Shown here: piece by piece, positions 11,901 through 24,600 of the stretch
Numbering within the stretch: the stretch's first letter is position 1
Layout of the letters: every line of letters begins with the position of its first letter
Assembly: GCA_964016885.1 (NCBI GenBank)
Contig: OZ024743.1
Location: forward strand, 137,516,001-137,580,000
Direction of reading: 5' to 3'
DNA from: Eledone cirrhosa
Taxonomy: Eukaryota
DNA length: 64,000 nt
The notes under the pieces: model-generated
Told to the model about the DNA's origin: nothing
What the model saw: the letters and a program-made list of their open reading frames with translations, nothing else
The model's database searches: none
Made by a program: the position numbers and the translations under genes

Positions 11901-14900
11901 GCTTGGTGTTTGGTGCTTGGTGTTTGTACTTGGTGCTTGGTGCTTGGTGTTTGGTGCTTGGTGTTTGGTGTTTGCTGTTTGCTGTTTGCTGTTTGCTGTT
12001 TAGTGTTTGCTGTTTGGTGTTTGCTGTTTGGTGTTTGGTGCTTGCTGTTGGGTGTTTGGTGTTTGGTGCTTGCTGCTTAGTGTTTGGTGTTTGGTGTTTG
12101 GTGCTTGGTGCTTGGGGCTTGGTGTTTGGTGCTTGGTGCTTGGTGCTTGGTGTTTGGTGTTTGGTGCTTGGTGCTTGGTGCTGGGTGTTTGGTGCTTGGT
12201 GTTTGGTGCATGGTGCTTGGTGCTTGGTGTTTGTCGCTTGGTGCTTGGTGCTTGGTGTTTGGTGCTTGGTGCTTGGTGTTTGGTGTTTGGTGCTTGGTGC
12301 TTGGTGTTTGGTGTTTGGTGCTTGGTGTTTGGTGTTTGGTGCTTGCTGCTTGGTGTTTGTTGCTTGGTACTTGGTGCATGGTGTTTGGTACTGTGTGCTT
12401 GGTGTTTGGTGCTTGGTGTTTGGTGCTTGGTGCTTGGTGTTTGGTGTTTGGTGTTTGATGCTTGGTGTTTGATACTTGGTGCTTGGTGCTTGGTGTTTGG
12501 TGCTTGGTGTTTGTACTTGGTGTTTGGTGCTTGGTGTTTTGTGCTTGGTTCTTGGTGTTTGGTGTTTGGTGCTTGGTGCTTGGTGCTTGGTGTTAGGTGT
12601 TTCGTGCTTGGTGCTTGGTGTTTGGTGTTTGGTCCTTGGTGCTTGGTGTTTAGGTACTTGGTGCTTGGTGTTTGTTGTTTGGTGTTTTCTGCTTGCTGCT
12701 TGGTGTTTGGTGCTTGGTGTTTGGTGCTAGGTGCTTGGTGTTTGGTGTTTGGTGTTTGGTGTTTGATGCTTGGTGTTTGGTGCTTGGTGTTTGGTGTTTG
12801 GTGCTTGGTGCTTGGGGCTTGGTGTTTGGTGCTTGGTGCTTGGTGCTTGGTGCTTGGTGTTTGCTGCTTGGTGTTTGGTGTTTGGTCTTTGGTGCTTGGT
12901 GCTTGGTGTTTGGTGCTTGGTGCTTGGTGCTGGGTGGTTGGTATTTGGTGCTTGGTGCTTGGTGTTTGGTGCTTGGTGCTTGGTGCTTGGTGTTTAGTGC
13001 TTGGTGCTTGGTGCTTGGTCTTTGGTGCTTGGGGTTTGGTGCTTGGTGCTTGGTGCTTGGTGTTTGTTGCTTGGTGTTTAGTGTTTGGTGCTTGGTGCTT
13101 GGGGTTTGGTGTTTGGTGCTTGGTACTTGGTGCTTAGTGTTTGTTGCTTGGTGTTTAGTGTTTGGTGCTTGGTGCTTGGGGTTTGGTGTTTGGTGCTTGG
13201 TACTTGGTGTTTGGTGCTTGGTGTTTGGTGTTTGGTGTTTGGTGTTTGGTGTATGCTGTTTGGTGTCTGCTTTTTGGTGTTTGGTGTTTGCTGTATGGTG
13301 TTTGCTGTTTGGTGTTTGGTGTTTGCTGTTTTGTGTTTGTTGTTTGCTGTTTGGTCTATGGTGCTTGGTGTTTGGTGTTTGGTGCTTGGTGTTTGGTGTT
13401 TGGTGCTTGGTGCTTGGTGCTTGGTGTTTGGTGTTTGGTGCTTGGTGTCTGGTGCTTGGTGTTTGGTGTTTGGTGTTTGGTGCTTGGTGTTTGGTGTTTG
13501 GTGTTTGGTGCTTGGTGCTTGGTGTTTGGTGTTTCGTGTTTGGTGTTTGGTGCTTGTTGCTTGGTGCTTGGTGCTTGGTGTTTGGTGCTTGGTGCTTGGT
13601 GTTTGGTGCTGGGTGCGTGGTGTTTGGTGCTTGGTGCTTGGTGCTTGGTGTTTGGTGTTTGGTGCTTGGTGCTTGGTGTTTGGTGTTTGGTGTTATATGC
13701 TTGGTGTTTGATGCTTGGTGCTTGGTGCTTGGTGTTTGGTGCTTGGTGGTTGGTGTTTGTACTTGGTGCTTGGTGCTTGGTTCTTGGTGTTTGGTGCTTG
13801 GTGTTTGGTGCTTGGTGCTTGGTGTTTGGTGCTTGGTGTTTGGTGCTTGGTGTTTGGTGCTTGGTGCCTGGTGCTTGGTGCTTGGTGCTTGGTGTTTGGT
13901 GCTTGGTGTTTGGTGCTTGGTGTTAGGTGTTTGGTGCTTGGTGCTTGGTGTTTGGTGCTTGGTGTTTGGTGCTTGGTGCTTGGTGTTTGGTGTTTGGTGC
14001 TTGGTGTTTGGTGCTTGGTACTTGGTGCTTGGTGCTTGGTGTTAGGTGTCTGGTGCTTGGTGCTTGGTGTTTGGTTTTTGGTGCTTGGTGCTTGGTGTTT
14101 GGTGTTTGGTGCTTGCTGCTGGCTGCTTGGTGTTTGGTGCTTGGTGATTGGTGCTTGGTGTTTGGTGCTTGGTGTTTGGTGTTTGGTACTAGGTGTTTGG
14201 TGCTTGGTGTTTGGTGCTTGGTGCTTGGTGTCTGGTGTTTGGTGTTTGGTGCTTGGTGCTTGGTGTTTGGTGCTTGGTCTTTGGTGCTTGGTGTTTGGTG
14301 CTTGGTGCTTGGTGTTTGGTGCTTGGTGCTTGGTGATTAGTGTTTGGTGCTTGGTGCTTGTGGTTTGGTGTTTGGTGCTTGGTGCTTGGTGTTTGGTGCT
14401 TGGTGCTTGGTGTTTGGTGCTTGGTGTTTGGTTTTTGCTGTTTGCTGTTTGGTGTTTGGTGTTTGGTGTTTGCTGTTTGCTGTTTGGTATCTGCTTTTTG
14501 GTGTTTGGTGTTTGCTGTATGGTGTTTGCTGTTTCGTGTTTATTGTTTGCTGTTTGGTGTTTGGTGTTTGGTGTTTCCTGTTTGGTCTTTAGTCTTTGGT
14601 GCTTGGTGTTTGGTGCTTGGTGCTTGGTGTTTGGTGCTTGGTGGTTGGTGCTTGTTGTTCGGTGATTGGTGCTTGGTGTTTGGTGGTTGGTGCTTGGGGC
14701 TTGGTGTTTGGTGCTTGGTGCTTGGTGTTTTGTGTTTGGTGTTTGATGCTTGGTGTTTGGTGTTTGGTGTTTGGTGCTTGGTGCTTGGTGTTTGGTGTTT
14801 GATGCTTGGTGCTTGATGCTTGGTGCTTGGTGCTTGGTGTTTGGTGCTTGGTGCTTGGTGATTGTACTTGGTGCTTGGTGCTTGGTGTTTGGTGCTTGGT

Positions 14901-17900
14901 GTTTGGTGCTTGGTGTTTGGTGTTTGCTCTTTGCTGTATGGTGTTTGGTGTTTGCTGCTTGGTGTTTGGTGTTTGGTGTTTGCTGTTTGGTGTTTGCTGT
15001 TTGGTGCTTGGTGTTTGGTGTTTGGTGCTTGGTGCTTGGGGCTTGGTGTTTGGTGCTTGGTGCTTGGTGCTTGGTGTTTGGTGTTTGGTGCTTGGTGTTT
15101 GGTGCTTGGTGCTTGGTGCTGGGTGTTTGGTGCTTGGTGCTTGGTGTTTGGTGCATGGTGCTTGGTTTTTGGTGGTTGTCGCTTGATGCTTGGTGCTTGG
15201 TGTTTGGTGCTTGGTGTTTGGTGTTTTGTGCTTGGTGCTTGGTGTTTGGTGTTTGGTGCTTGATGTTTGGTGTTTGGTGTTTGGTGCTTGGTGCTTGGTG
15301 TTTGTTGCTTGGTACTTGGTGCATTGTGTTTGATGCTTGGTGTTTGATGCTTGGTGCTTGGTGTTTGGTGCTTGGTGTTTGTACTTGGTGCTTGGTGCTT
15401 GGTGTTTTGTGCTTGGGTCTTGGTGTTTGGTGTTTGGCGCTTGGTGTTTGTTGTTTGGTGCTTTCTGCTTGCTGCTTGGTGTTTGGTGCTTGGTGATTGG
15501 TGCTTGGTGTTTGGTGCTTGGTGCTTGGTGTTTGGTGTTTGGTGCTAGGTGCTTGGTGTTTGGTGTCTGGTGTTTGGTGCTTGGTGTTTGGTGTTTGGTG
15601 CTTCGTGCTTGGGGCTTGGTGTTTGGTGCTAGGTGCTTGGTGCTTGGTGCTTGGTGTTTGGTGCTTGGTGTTTGGTGCTTGGTACTTGGGGCTTGGTGTT
15701 TGGTGCTTGGTGCTTGGTGTTTGGTGCTTGGTGCTTGGTGTTTGGTGTTTGGTGCTTGGTGCTTGGTGCTGGGTGGTTGGTGTTTGGTGCTTGGTGCTTG
15801 GTGTTTGGTGCTTGGTGCTTGGTGCTTGGTGTTTGGTGCTTGGTGCTTGGTGCTTGGTCTTTGGTGCTTGGTGTTTGGTGTTTGGTGTTTGGTGCTTGGT
15901 GCTTGGTGTTTGGTGCTTGGTGCTTGGTGATTAGTGTTTGGTGCTTGGTGCTTGTGGTTTGGTGTTTGGTGCTTGGTGCTTGGTGTTGGGTGCTTGGTGC
16001 TTGGTGTTTGGTGCTTGGTGTTTGGTTTTTGCTGTTTGGTGTTTGGTGTTTGCTGTTTGCTGTTTGCTGTTTGGTGTCTGCTTTTTGGTGTTTGGTGTTT
16101 GCTGTATGGTGTTTGCTGTTTCGTGTTTATTGTTTGCTGTTTGGTGTTTGGTGTTTGGTGTTTGGTGTTTCCTGTTTGGTCTTTAGTCTTTGGTGCTTGG
16201 TGTTTGGTGCTTGGTGCTTGGTGTTTGGTGCTTGGTGCTTGTTGTTTGGTGATTTGTGCTTGGTGCTTGGTGTTTGGTGTTTGGTGCTTGGGTCTTGGTG
16301 TTTGGTGCTGCGTGGTTGGTGCTTGGTGCTTGGTGCTTGGTGTTTTGTGTTTGGTGTTTGATGCTTGGTGTTTGGTGTTTGGTGTTTGGTGCTTGGTGCT
16401 TGGTGTTTGGTGTTTGATGCTTGGTGCTTGATGCTTGGTGCTTGGTGTTTGGTGCTTGTTGTTTGTACTTGGTGCTTGGTGCTTGGTGTTTGGTGCTTGG
16501 TGTTTGGTGCTTGGCGTTAGGTGTTTGCTGTTTGCTGTTTGCTGTTTGGTATTTGCTGTTTGGTGTTTGGTGTTTGCTGTTTGGTGTTTGCTGTTTGGTG
16601 TTTGGTGCTTGCTGTTTGGTGCTTGGTGTTTGGTGCTTGGTGTTTGGTGTTTGGTGTTTGGTGTTTGGTGCTTGGTGCTTGGGGCTTGGTGTTTGTTGCT
16701 TGGTGCTTGGTGCTTGGTGTTTGGTGTTTGGTGCTTGGTGTTTGGTGCTTGCTGTTTGGTGCTTGGTGCTGGGTGTTTGGTGCTTGGTGTTTGGTGCATG
16801 GTGCTTGGTGCTTGGTTTTTTTTTCGCTTGGTGCTTGGTGCTTGGTGTTGGTGCTTGGTGTTTGGTGTTTGGTGCTTGGTGCTTGGTTTTTGGTGTTTGG
16901 TGCTTGGTGTTTGGTGCTTGGTGCTTGGTGTTTGTTGCTTGGTACTTGGTGCATGGTGTTTGGTGCTGGGTGCTTGGTGTTTGGTGCTTGGTGTTTGGTG
17001 CTTGGTGCTTGGTGTTTGGTGTTTGGTGTTTGATGCTTGGTGTTTGATGCTTGGTGCTTGGTGCTTGGTGTTTGGTGCTTGGTGTTTGTACTTGGTGCTT
17101 GGTGTTTTGTGCTTGGTTCTTTGTGTTTGGTGTTTGGTGCTTGGTGCTTGGTGCTTGGTGTTAGGTGTTTGGTGCTTGGTGCTTGGTGTTTGGTGTTTGG
17201 TCCTTGGTGCTTGGTGTTTAGTGCTTGGTGCTTGGAGTTTGTTGTTTGGTGCTTTCTGCTTGCTGCTTGGTGTTTGGTGCTTGGTGCTTGGTGCTTGGTG
17301 TATGGTGTTTGGTGCTAGGTGCTTGGTGTTTGGTGTTTGGTGTTTGATGCTTGGTGTTTGGTGCTTGGTGTTTGGTGTTTTGTGCTTGGTGCTTGGGGCT
17401 TGGTGTTTAGTGCTTGGTGCTTGGTGCTTGGTGTTTGGTGCTTGGTGCTTGGTGTTTGGTGTTTGGTGCTTGGTGCTTGGTGTTTGGTGCTTGGTGCTTG
17501 GTGCTGGGTGGTTGGTATTTGGTGCTTGGTGCTTGGTGTTTGGTGCTTGGTGCTTGGTGCTTGGTGTTTGGTGCTTGGTGCTTGGTGCTTGGTCTTTGGT
17601 GCTTGGTGTTTGGTGCTTGGTGCTTGGTGCTTGGTGTTTGGTGCTTGGTGATTAGTGTTTGGTGCTTGCTGCTTGGGGTTTGGTGTTTGGTGCTTGGTAC
17701 TTGGTGTTTGGTGCTTGGTGTTTGGTGTTTGCTGTTTGGTGTTTGGTGTTTGGTGTTTGCTGTTTGCCTTTTGGTGTTTGGTGTTTGCTGTATGGTGTTT
17801 GCTGTTTGGTGTTTGGTGTTTGCTGTTTGGTGTTTGGTGTTTGCTGTTTGGTGCTTGGTGCTTGGTGTTTGGTGTTTGGTGCTTGGTGCTTGGTGTTTGG

Positions 17901-20900
17901 TGTTTGTTGCTTGGTGCTTGGTGCTTGGTGTTTGGTGTATGGTGTTTGGTGCTTGGTGTCTGGTGCTTGGTGTTTGGTGTTTGGTGTTTGGTGCTTGGTG
18001 TTTGGTGTTTGGTGTTTGGTGCTTGGTGTTTGGTGTTTGGTGTTTGGTGTTTGGTGCTTGGTGCTTGGTGCTTGGTGCTTGGTGTTTGGTGCTTGGTGCT
18101 TGGTGTTTGTTGCTGGGTGCTTGGTGTTTGGTGCTTGGTGCTTGGTGCTTGGTGTTTGGTGTTTGGTGCTTGGTGCTTGGTGTTTGGTGTTTGGTGTTAT
18201 ATGCTTGGTGTTTGATGCTTGGTGCTTGGTGCTTGGTATTTGGTGTTTGGTGTTTGGTGCTTGGTGTTTGATGCTTGGTGCTTGGTCCTTGGTGTTTGGT
18301 GCTTGGTGCTTGGTGTTTGTACTTGGTGCTTGGTGCTTGGTTCTTGGTGCTTGGTGCTTGGGGCTTGGTGCTTTGTGCTTGGTGTTTGGTGCTTGGTGTT
18401 TGGTGCTTGGTGTTTGGTGCTTGGTGCCTGGTGCTTGGTGCTTGGTGCTTGGTGTTTGGTGCTTGGTGTTTGGTGCTTGGTGTTAGGTGTTTGGTGCTTG
18501 GTGCTTGGTGTTTGGTTCTTGGTGCTTGGTGTTTGGTGTTTGGTGCTTGGTGTTTGGTGCTTGGTACTTGGTGTTTGGTGCTTGGTGCTTGGTGTTTGGT
18601 TTTTGGTGCTTGTTGCTTGGTGTTTGGTGTTTGGTGCTTGCTGCTGGCTGCTTGGTGTTTGGTGCTTGGTGATTGGTGCTTGGTGTTTGGTGCTTGGTGT
18701 TTGGTGTTTGGTACTAGGTGCTTGGTGATTGGTGTTTGGCGCTTGGTGCTTGGTGTTTTGTGTTTGGTGTTTGGTGCTTGCTGCTTGGTGCTTGGTGCTG
18801 GGTGGTTGGTGTTTGGTGCTTGGTGATTAGTGTTTGGTGCTAGGTGCTTGGGGTTTGGTGTTTGGTGCTTGGTGCTTGGTGTTTGGTGCTTGGTGCTTGG
18901 TGTTTGGTGTTTGCTGTTAGGTGTTTGGTGTTTGTTGTTTGGTGTTTGTTGTTTGGTGTTTGCTGTTTGGTGTTTGGTATTTGGTGTTTGCTGTTTGGTG
19001 TCTGCTTTTTGGTGTTTGGTGTTTGCTGTATGTTGTTTGGTGTTTGGTGTTTGGTGTTTGGTGTTTGGTATTTGGTGCTTGGTGCTTGGTGTTTGGTACT
19101 TGGTGCTTGGTGTTTGGTGCCTGGTGCTTGGTACTTGGTGTTTGGTGTTTGGTGCTTGGTGCTTAGTGCTTGGAGTTTGGTGTTTGGTGCTTGGTGCTTG
19201 GTGTTTTGTGTTTGGTGTTTGGTTTTTGGTGCTTGGTGCTTGGTGCTTGGTGCTTAGTCCTTGGTGTTTGGTGCTTGGTGCTTGGTGTTTGTACTTGGTG
19301 CTTGGTGCTTGGTGTTTGGTTCTTGGTTCTTGGTGTTTGGTACTTGGTGCTTGGTGCTTGGTGCTTGGTGTTAGGTGTTTGGTGCTTGGTGCTTGGTGTT
19401 TGGTGCTTGGTGTTTGCTGTCTGGTGTTTGGTGTTTGGTGTTTGGTGTTTGCTGTTTGGTGTCTGCTTTTTGGTGTTTGGTGTTTGCTGTATGGTGTTTG
19501 CTGTTTGGTGTTTGGTGCTTCGTGTTTGGTGTTTGGTCTTTGGTGCTTGGTGTCTGGTGCTTGATGTTTGGTGTTTGGTGTTTGGTGCTTGGTGCTTGGT
19601 GTTTGGTGCTTGGTGCTTGGTGTTTGTACTTGGTGCTTGGTGCTTCGTGTTTGGTGCTTGGTTCTTGGTGTTTGGTGCTTGGTGTTTGGTGCTTGGTGCT
19701 TGGTGTTTGGTGCTTGGTGCTTGGTGTTTGGTGTTTGGTGCTTGGTGCTTGGTGCTTGGTGTTAGGTGTTTGGTGCTTGGTGTTTAGTGTTTGGTTCTTG
19801 GTGCTTGGTATTTGGTGCTTGGTGCTTGCTGCTTGGTGTTTGGTGCTTGGTGATTGATGCTTGGTGTTTGGTGCTTGGTGCCCAGTGTTTGGTTTTTGGT
19901 GCTAGGTGCTTGGTGCATGGTGTTTGGTGCTTGGTGTTTGGTGTTTGGTGGTTGGTGCTTGGGGATTGGTGTTTGGTACTTGGTGCTTGGTGCTTGGTGT
20001 TTGGTGCTTGGTGCTTGGTGTTTGGTGTTTGGTGCTTGGTGCTTGGTATTTGGTGCTTGGTGCTTGCTGTTTGGTGTTTGGTGCTTGGTGCTTGGTGTTT
20101 GGTGCTTGGTGCTTGGTGCTTGTTGTTTGGTGATTGGTGCTTGGTGCTTGGTGTTTGGTGTTTGGTGCTTGGGGCTTGGTTTTTGGTGCTGCGTGCTTGG
20201 TGCTTGGTGCTTGGTGCTTGGTGCTTGGTGTTTGATGCTTGGTGTTTGATGCTTTGTGTTTGGTGTTTGGTGTTTGGTGCTTGGTGTTTGGTGTTTGATG
20301 CTTGGTGCTTGATGCTTGGTGCTTGGTGCTTGGTGTTTGGTGCTTGGTGCTTGGTGTTTGGTGTTTGGTGCTTGGTGCTTGGTGTTTGGTGCTTGGTGCT
20401 TGGTGCTTGTTGTTTGATGATTGGTACTTGGTACTTGGTGTTTGGTGTTTGGTGCTTGGGGCTTGGTATTTGGTGCTGCGTGCTTGGTGCTTGGTGCTTG
20501 GTGCTTGGTGCTTGGTGTTTTGTGTTTGGTGTTTGATGCTTGGTGCTTGGTGTTTGGTGTTTGGTGCTTGGTGTTTGGTGTTTGCTGTTTGCTGTTTGCT
20601 GTTTGGTGTTTGCTGTTTGGTGTTTGGTGTTTGGTGTTTGCTGTTTGGTGTTTGCTGTTTGGTGTTTGGTGCTTGCTGTTTGGTGCTTGGTGTTTGGTGC
20701 TTGGTGCTTGGTGTTTGGTGTTTGGTGTTTGGTGCTTGGTGCTTGGGGCTTGATTTGGTGCTTGGTGCCTGGTGCTTGGTGTTTGGTGTTTGGTGCTTGG
20801 TGTTTGGTGCTTGGTGCTTGGTGCTGGGTGTTTGGTGCTTGGTGTTTGGTGCATGGTGCTTGGTGCTTGTTGTTTGTCGCTTGTTGCTTGGTGCTTGGTG

Positions 20901-21699
20901 TTTGGTGCTTGGTGCTTGGTGTTTGGTGTTTGGTGCTTGGTGCTTGGTGTTTGGTGTTTGGTGCTTGGTGTTTGGTGTTTGGTGCTTGGTGCTTGGTGTT
21001 TGCTGCTTGGTACTTGGTGCATGGTGTTTGGTGCTGAGTGCTTGGTGTTTGGTGCTTGGTGTTTGGTGCTTGGTGCTTGGTGTTTGGTGTTTGGTGTTTG
21101 ATGCTTGGTGTTTTATGCTTGGTGCTTGGTGTTTGGTGCTTGGTGTTTGTACTTGGTGCTTGGTGCTTGGTGTTTTGTGCTTGGTTCTTGGTGTTTGGTG
21201 TTTGGTGCTTGGTACTTGGTGCTTGGTGTTAGGTGTTTGGTGCTTGGTGCTTGGTGTTTGGTGTTTGGTCCTTGGTGCTTGGTGCTTGGTGTTTAGTGCT
21301 TGGTGCTTGGTGTTTGTTGTTTGGTGCTTTCTGCTTGCTGCTTGGTGTTTGCTGCTTGGTGCTTGGTGCTTGGTGTTTGGTGTTTGGTGCTAGGTGCTTG
21401 GTGTTTGGTGTTTGGTGTTTGATGCTTGGTGTTTGGTGCTTGGTGTTTGGTGCTTGGTGCTTGGGGCTTGGTGTTTGGTGCTTGGTGCTTGGTGCTTGGT
21501 GTTTGGTGCTTGGTGTTTGGTGTTTGGTGTTTGATGCTTGGTGTTTGGTGCTTGGTGTTTGGTGCTTGGTGCTTGGGGCTTGGTGTTTGGTGTTTGGTGC
21601 TTGGTGCTTGGTGTTTGGTGCTTGGTGCTTGGTGCTTGGTGTTTGGTGCTTGGTGCTTGGTGCTTGGTCTTTGGTGCTTGGTGTTTGGTGTTTGGTGCT

Positions 21700-24600
21700 T
21701 GGTGCTTTGTGTTTGGTGCTTGGTGATTAGTGTTTGGTGCTTGGTGCTTGGGGTTTGGTGTTTGGTGCTTGGTACTTGGTGTTTGGTGCTTGGTGTTTGG
21801 TGTTTGCTGTTTGGTGTTTGGTGTTTGGTGTTTGCTGTATGGTGTTTGCTGTTTCGTGTTTGGTGTTTGCTGTTTGGTGTTTGGTGTTTGCTGTTTGGTG
21901 TTTGGTCTTTGGTGCTTGGTGTTTGGTGCTTGGTGCTTGGTGTTTGGTGTTTGGTGCTTGGTGTTTGGTGTTTGGTGCTTGGTGCTTGGTGCTTGGTGTT
22001 TGGTGTTTGGTGTTTGGTGCTTGGTGTCTGGTGCTTGGTGTTTGGTGTTTGGTGTTTGGTGCTTGGTGTTTGGTGTTTGGTGTTTGGTGTTTGGTGCTTG
22101 TTGCTTGGTACTTGGTGCTTGGTGTTTGGTGCTTGGTGCTTGGTGTTTGGTGCTGGGTGCTTGGTGTTTGGTGCTTGGTGCTTGGTGCTTGGTGTTTGGT
22201 GTTTGGTGCTTGGTGCTTGGTGCTTGGTGTTTGGTGTTTGGTGCTTGGTGTTTTATGCTTGGTGTTTGATGTTTGGTGCTTGGTGCTTGGTGTTTGGTGC
22301 TTGGTGCTTGGTGTTTGTACTTGGTGCTTGGTGCTTGGTTCTTGGTGTTTGGTGCTTGGTGCTTGGTGCTTGGTGCTTGGTGTTTGGTGCTTGGTGTTTG
22401 GTGCTTGGTGTTTGGTGCTTGGTGCCTGGTGCTTGGTGCTTGGTGTTTGGTGCTTGGTGTTTGGTGCTTGGTATTAGGTGTTTGGTGCTTGGTGCTTGGT
22501 GTTTGGTGTTTGGTGCTTGGTGTTTGGTGCTTGGTGCTTGGTGTTTGGTGTTTGGTGCTTGGTGTTTGGTGCTTGGTACTTGGTGCTTGGTGCTTGGTGT
22601 TAGGTGTTTGGTGCTTGGTGCTTGGTGTTTGGTTTTTGGTGCTTGGTGCTTGGTGTTTGGTGTTTGGTGCTTGCTGCTGGCTGCTTGGTGTTTGGTGCTT
22701 GGTGATTGGTGCTTGGTGTTTGGTGCTTGGTGTTTGGTGCTTGGTGTTTGGTGTTTGGTGCTGGGTGGTTGGTGCTTGGTGTTTGGTGCTTGGTGCTTGG
22801 TGTTTGGTGTTTGGTGCTTGGTGCTTGGTGTTTGGTGCTTGGTGCTGGGTGCTGGGTGGTTGGTGTTTGGTGTTTGGTGTTTGGTGCTGGGTGCTTGGTG
22901 TTTGGTGCTTGGTGCTTGGTCTTTGGTCTTTGGTGTTTGGTGTTTGGTGCTTGGTACTTGGTGCTTGGTGTTTGGTGCTTGGTGCTTGGTGTTTGGTGCT
23001 TGGTGCTTAGTGTTTGGTGCTAGGTGCTTGGGGTTTGGTGTTTGGTGCTTGGTGCTTGGTGTTTGGTGCTTGGTGCTTGGTGTTTGGTGTTTGGTGCTTG
23101 GTGCTTGGTGTTTGGTGTTTGGTGTTTGCTGTTTGGTGTTTGGTGTTTGGTGTTTGCTGTTTGGTGTCTGCTTTTTGGTGTTTGGTGTTGGCTGTATGTT
23201 ATTTGCTGTTTGGTGTTTGGTGTTTGGTGTTTGGTGCTTGGTGCTTGGTGTTTGGTGTTTGGTGCTTCGTGCTTGGAGTTTGGTGTTTGGTGCTTGGTGC
23301 TTGGTGTTTTGTGTTTGGTGTTTGGTTTTTGGTGCTTGGTGCTTGGTGCTTGTTGCTTGGTCCTTGGTGTTTGGTGCCTGGTGCTTGGTGTTTGTACTTG
23401 GTGCTTGGTGCTTGGTGTTTGGTTCTTGGTTCTTGGTGTTTGGTACTTGGTGCTTGGTGCTTGGTGCTTGGTGTTTGGTGTTTGGTGCTTGGTGTTTGGT
23501 GCCTGGTGCTTGGTGCTTGGTGTTAGGTGTTTGGTGCTTGGTGCTTGGTGTTTGGTGCTTGGTGTTTGGTGTTTGCTGTTTGGTGTTTGGTGTTTGGTGT
23601 TTGGTGTTTGCTGTATGGTGTTTGCTGTTTCGTGTTTGGTGTTTGGTGTTTGGTGTTTGGTGTTTGCTGTTTGGTGTTTGGTCTTTGGTGCTTGGTGTTT
23701 GGTGCTTGGTGCTTGGTGTTTGGTGTTTGGTGCTTGGTGCTTGGTGCTTCGTGTTTGGTGTTTGGTGCTTGGTGTCTGGAGCTTGGTGTTTGGTGTTTGG
23801 TGCTTGGTGTTTGGTGTTTGGTGCTTGGTGCTTGGTGTTTGGTGCTTGGTGCTTGGTGTTTGTACTTGGTGCTTGGTGCTTGGTGTTTGGTGCTTGGTTC
23901 TTGGTGTTTGGTGCTTGGTGTTTGGTGCTTGGTGCTTGGTGTTTGGTGCTTGGTGCTTGGTGTTTGGTGTTTGGTGCTTGGTGCTTGGTGCTTGGTGTTT
24001 GATGTTTGGTGCTTGGTGCTTGGTGTTTGGTGTTTGGTTCTAGGTGCTTGGTATTTGGTGCTTGGTGCTTGCTGCTTGGTGTTTGGTGCTTGGTGATTGA
24101 TGCTTGGTGTTTGATGCTTGGTGCTTGGTGTTTGGTTTTTGGTGCTAGGTGCTTGGTGCTTGGTGTTTGGTGCTTGGTGTTTGGTGTTTGCTGCTTGGTG
24201 CTTGGGGCTTGGTGTTTGGTACTTGGTGCTTGGTGCTTGGTGTTTGGTGCTTGGTGCTTGGTGTATGGTGTTTGGTGTTTGGTGCTTGGTGTTTGGTGTT
24301 TGGTGCTTGGTGCTTGGTGTTTGTTGCTTGGTACTTGGTTCATGGTGTTTGGTGCCGGGTGCTTGGTGTTTGGTGCTTGGTGCTTGGTGTTTGGTGTTTG
24401 GTGCTTGGTGTTTGCTGTTTGGTGCTTGGTGCTTGGTGTTTGTTTGCTTGGTACTTGGTGCATGGTGTTTGGTGCTGGGTGCTTGGTGTATGGTGCTTGG
24501 TGTTTGGTGCTTGGTGCTTGGTGTTTGGTGTTTGGTGTTTGATGCTTCGTGTTTGATGCTTGGTGCTTGGTGCTTGGTGTTTGGTGCTTGGTGTTTGTAC

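Larger units (their letters stand above)
6200..15550 (+). repeat. Imperfect higher-order duplication with 5.5-5.7 kb offset (about 6.2-10.1 kb reappears at about 11.9-15.5 kb)
   Basis: Shared rare landmarks: GTACTT 6249/11926 and 6822/12513; GCTGCTGGCTGC about 8535/14115; GGTGATT-GTACTT 9298/14864. Matching ORF-track translations start at 8347/13927 and 8760/14340 (offset 5580). Confidence 0.8.

Noticed and set aside
16810-16850. T9 run (GGTTTTTTTTTCGC) as a terminator or insertion scar
   Set aside because: There is no upstream hairpin. It is a singleton corruption of the GGTTTTT-GGTGTTT-GTCGCTT landmark, most likely a local deletion or homopolymer error.
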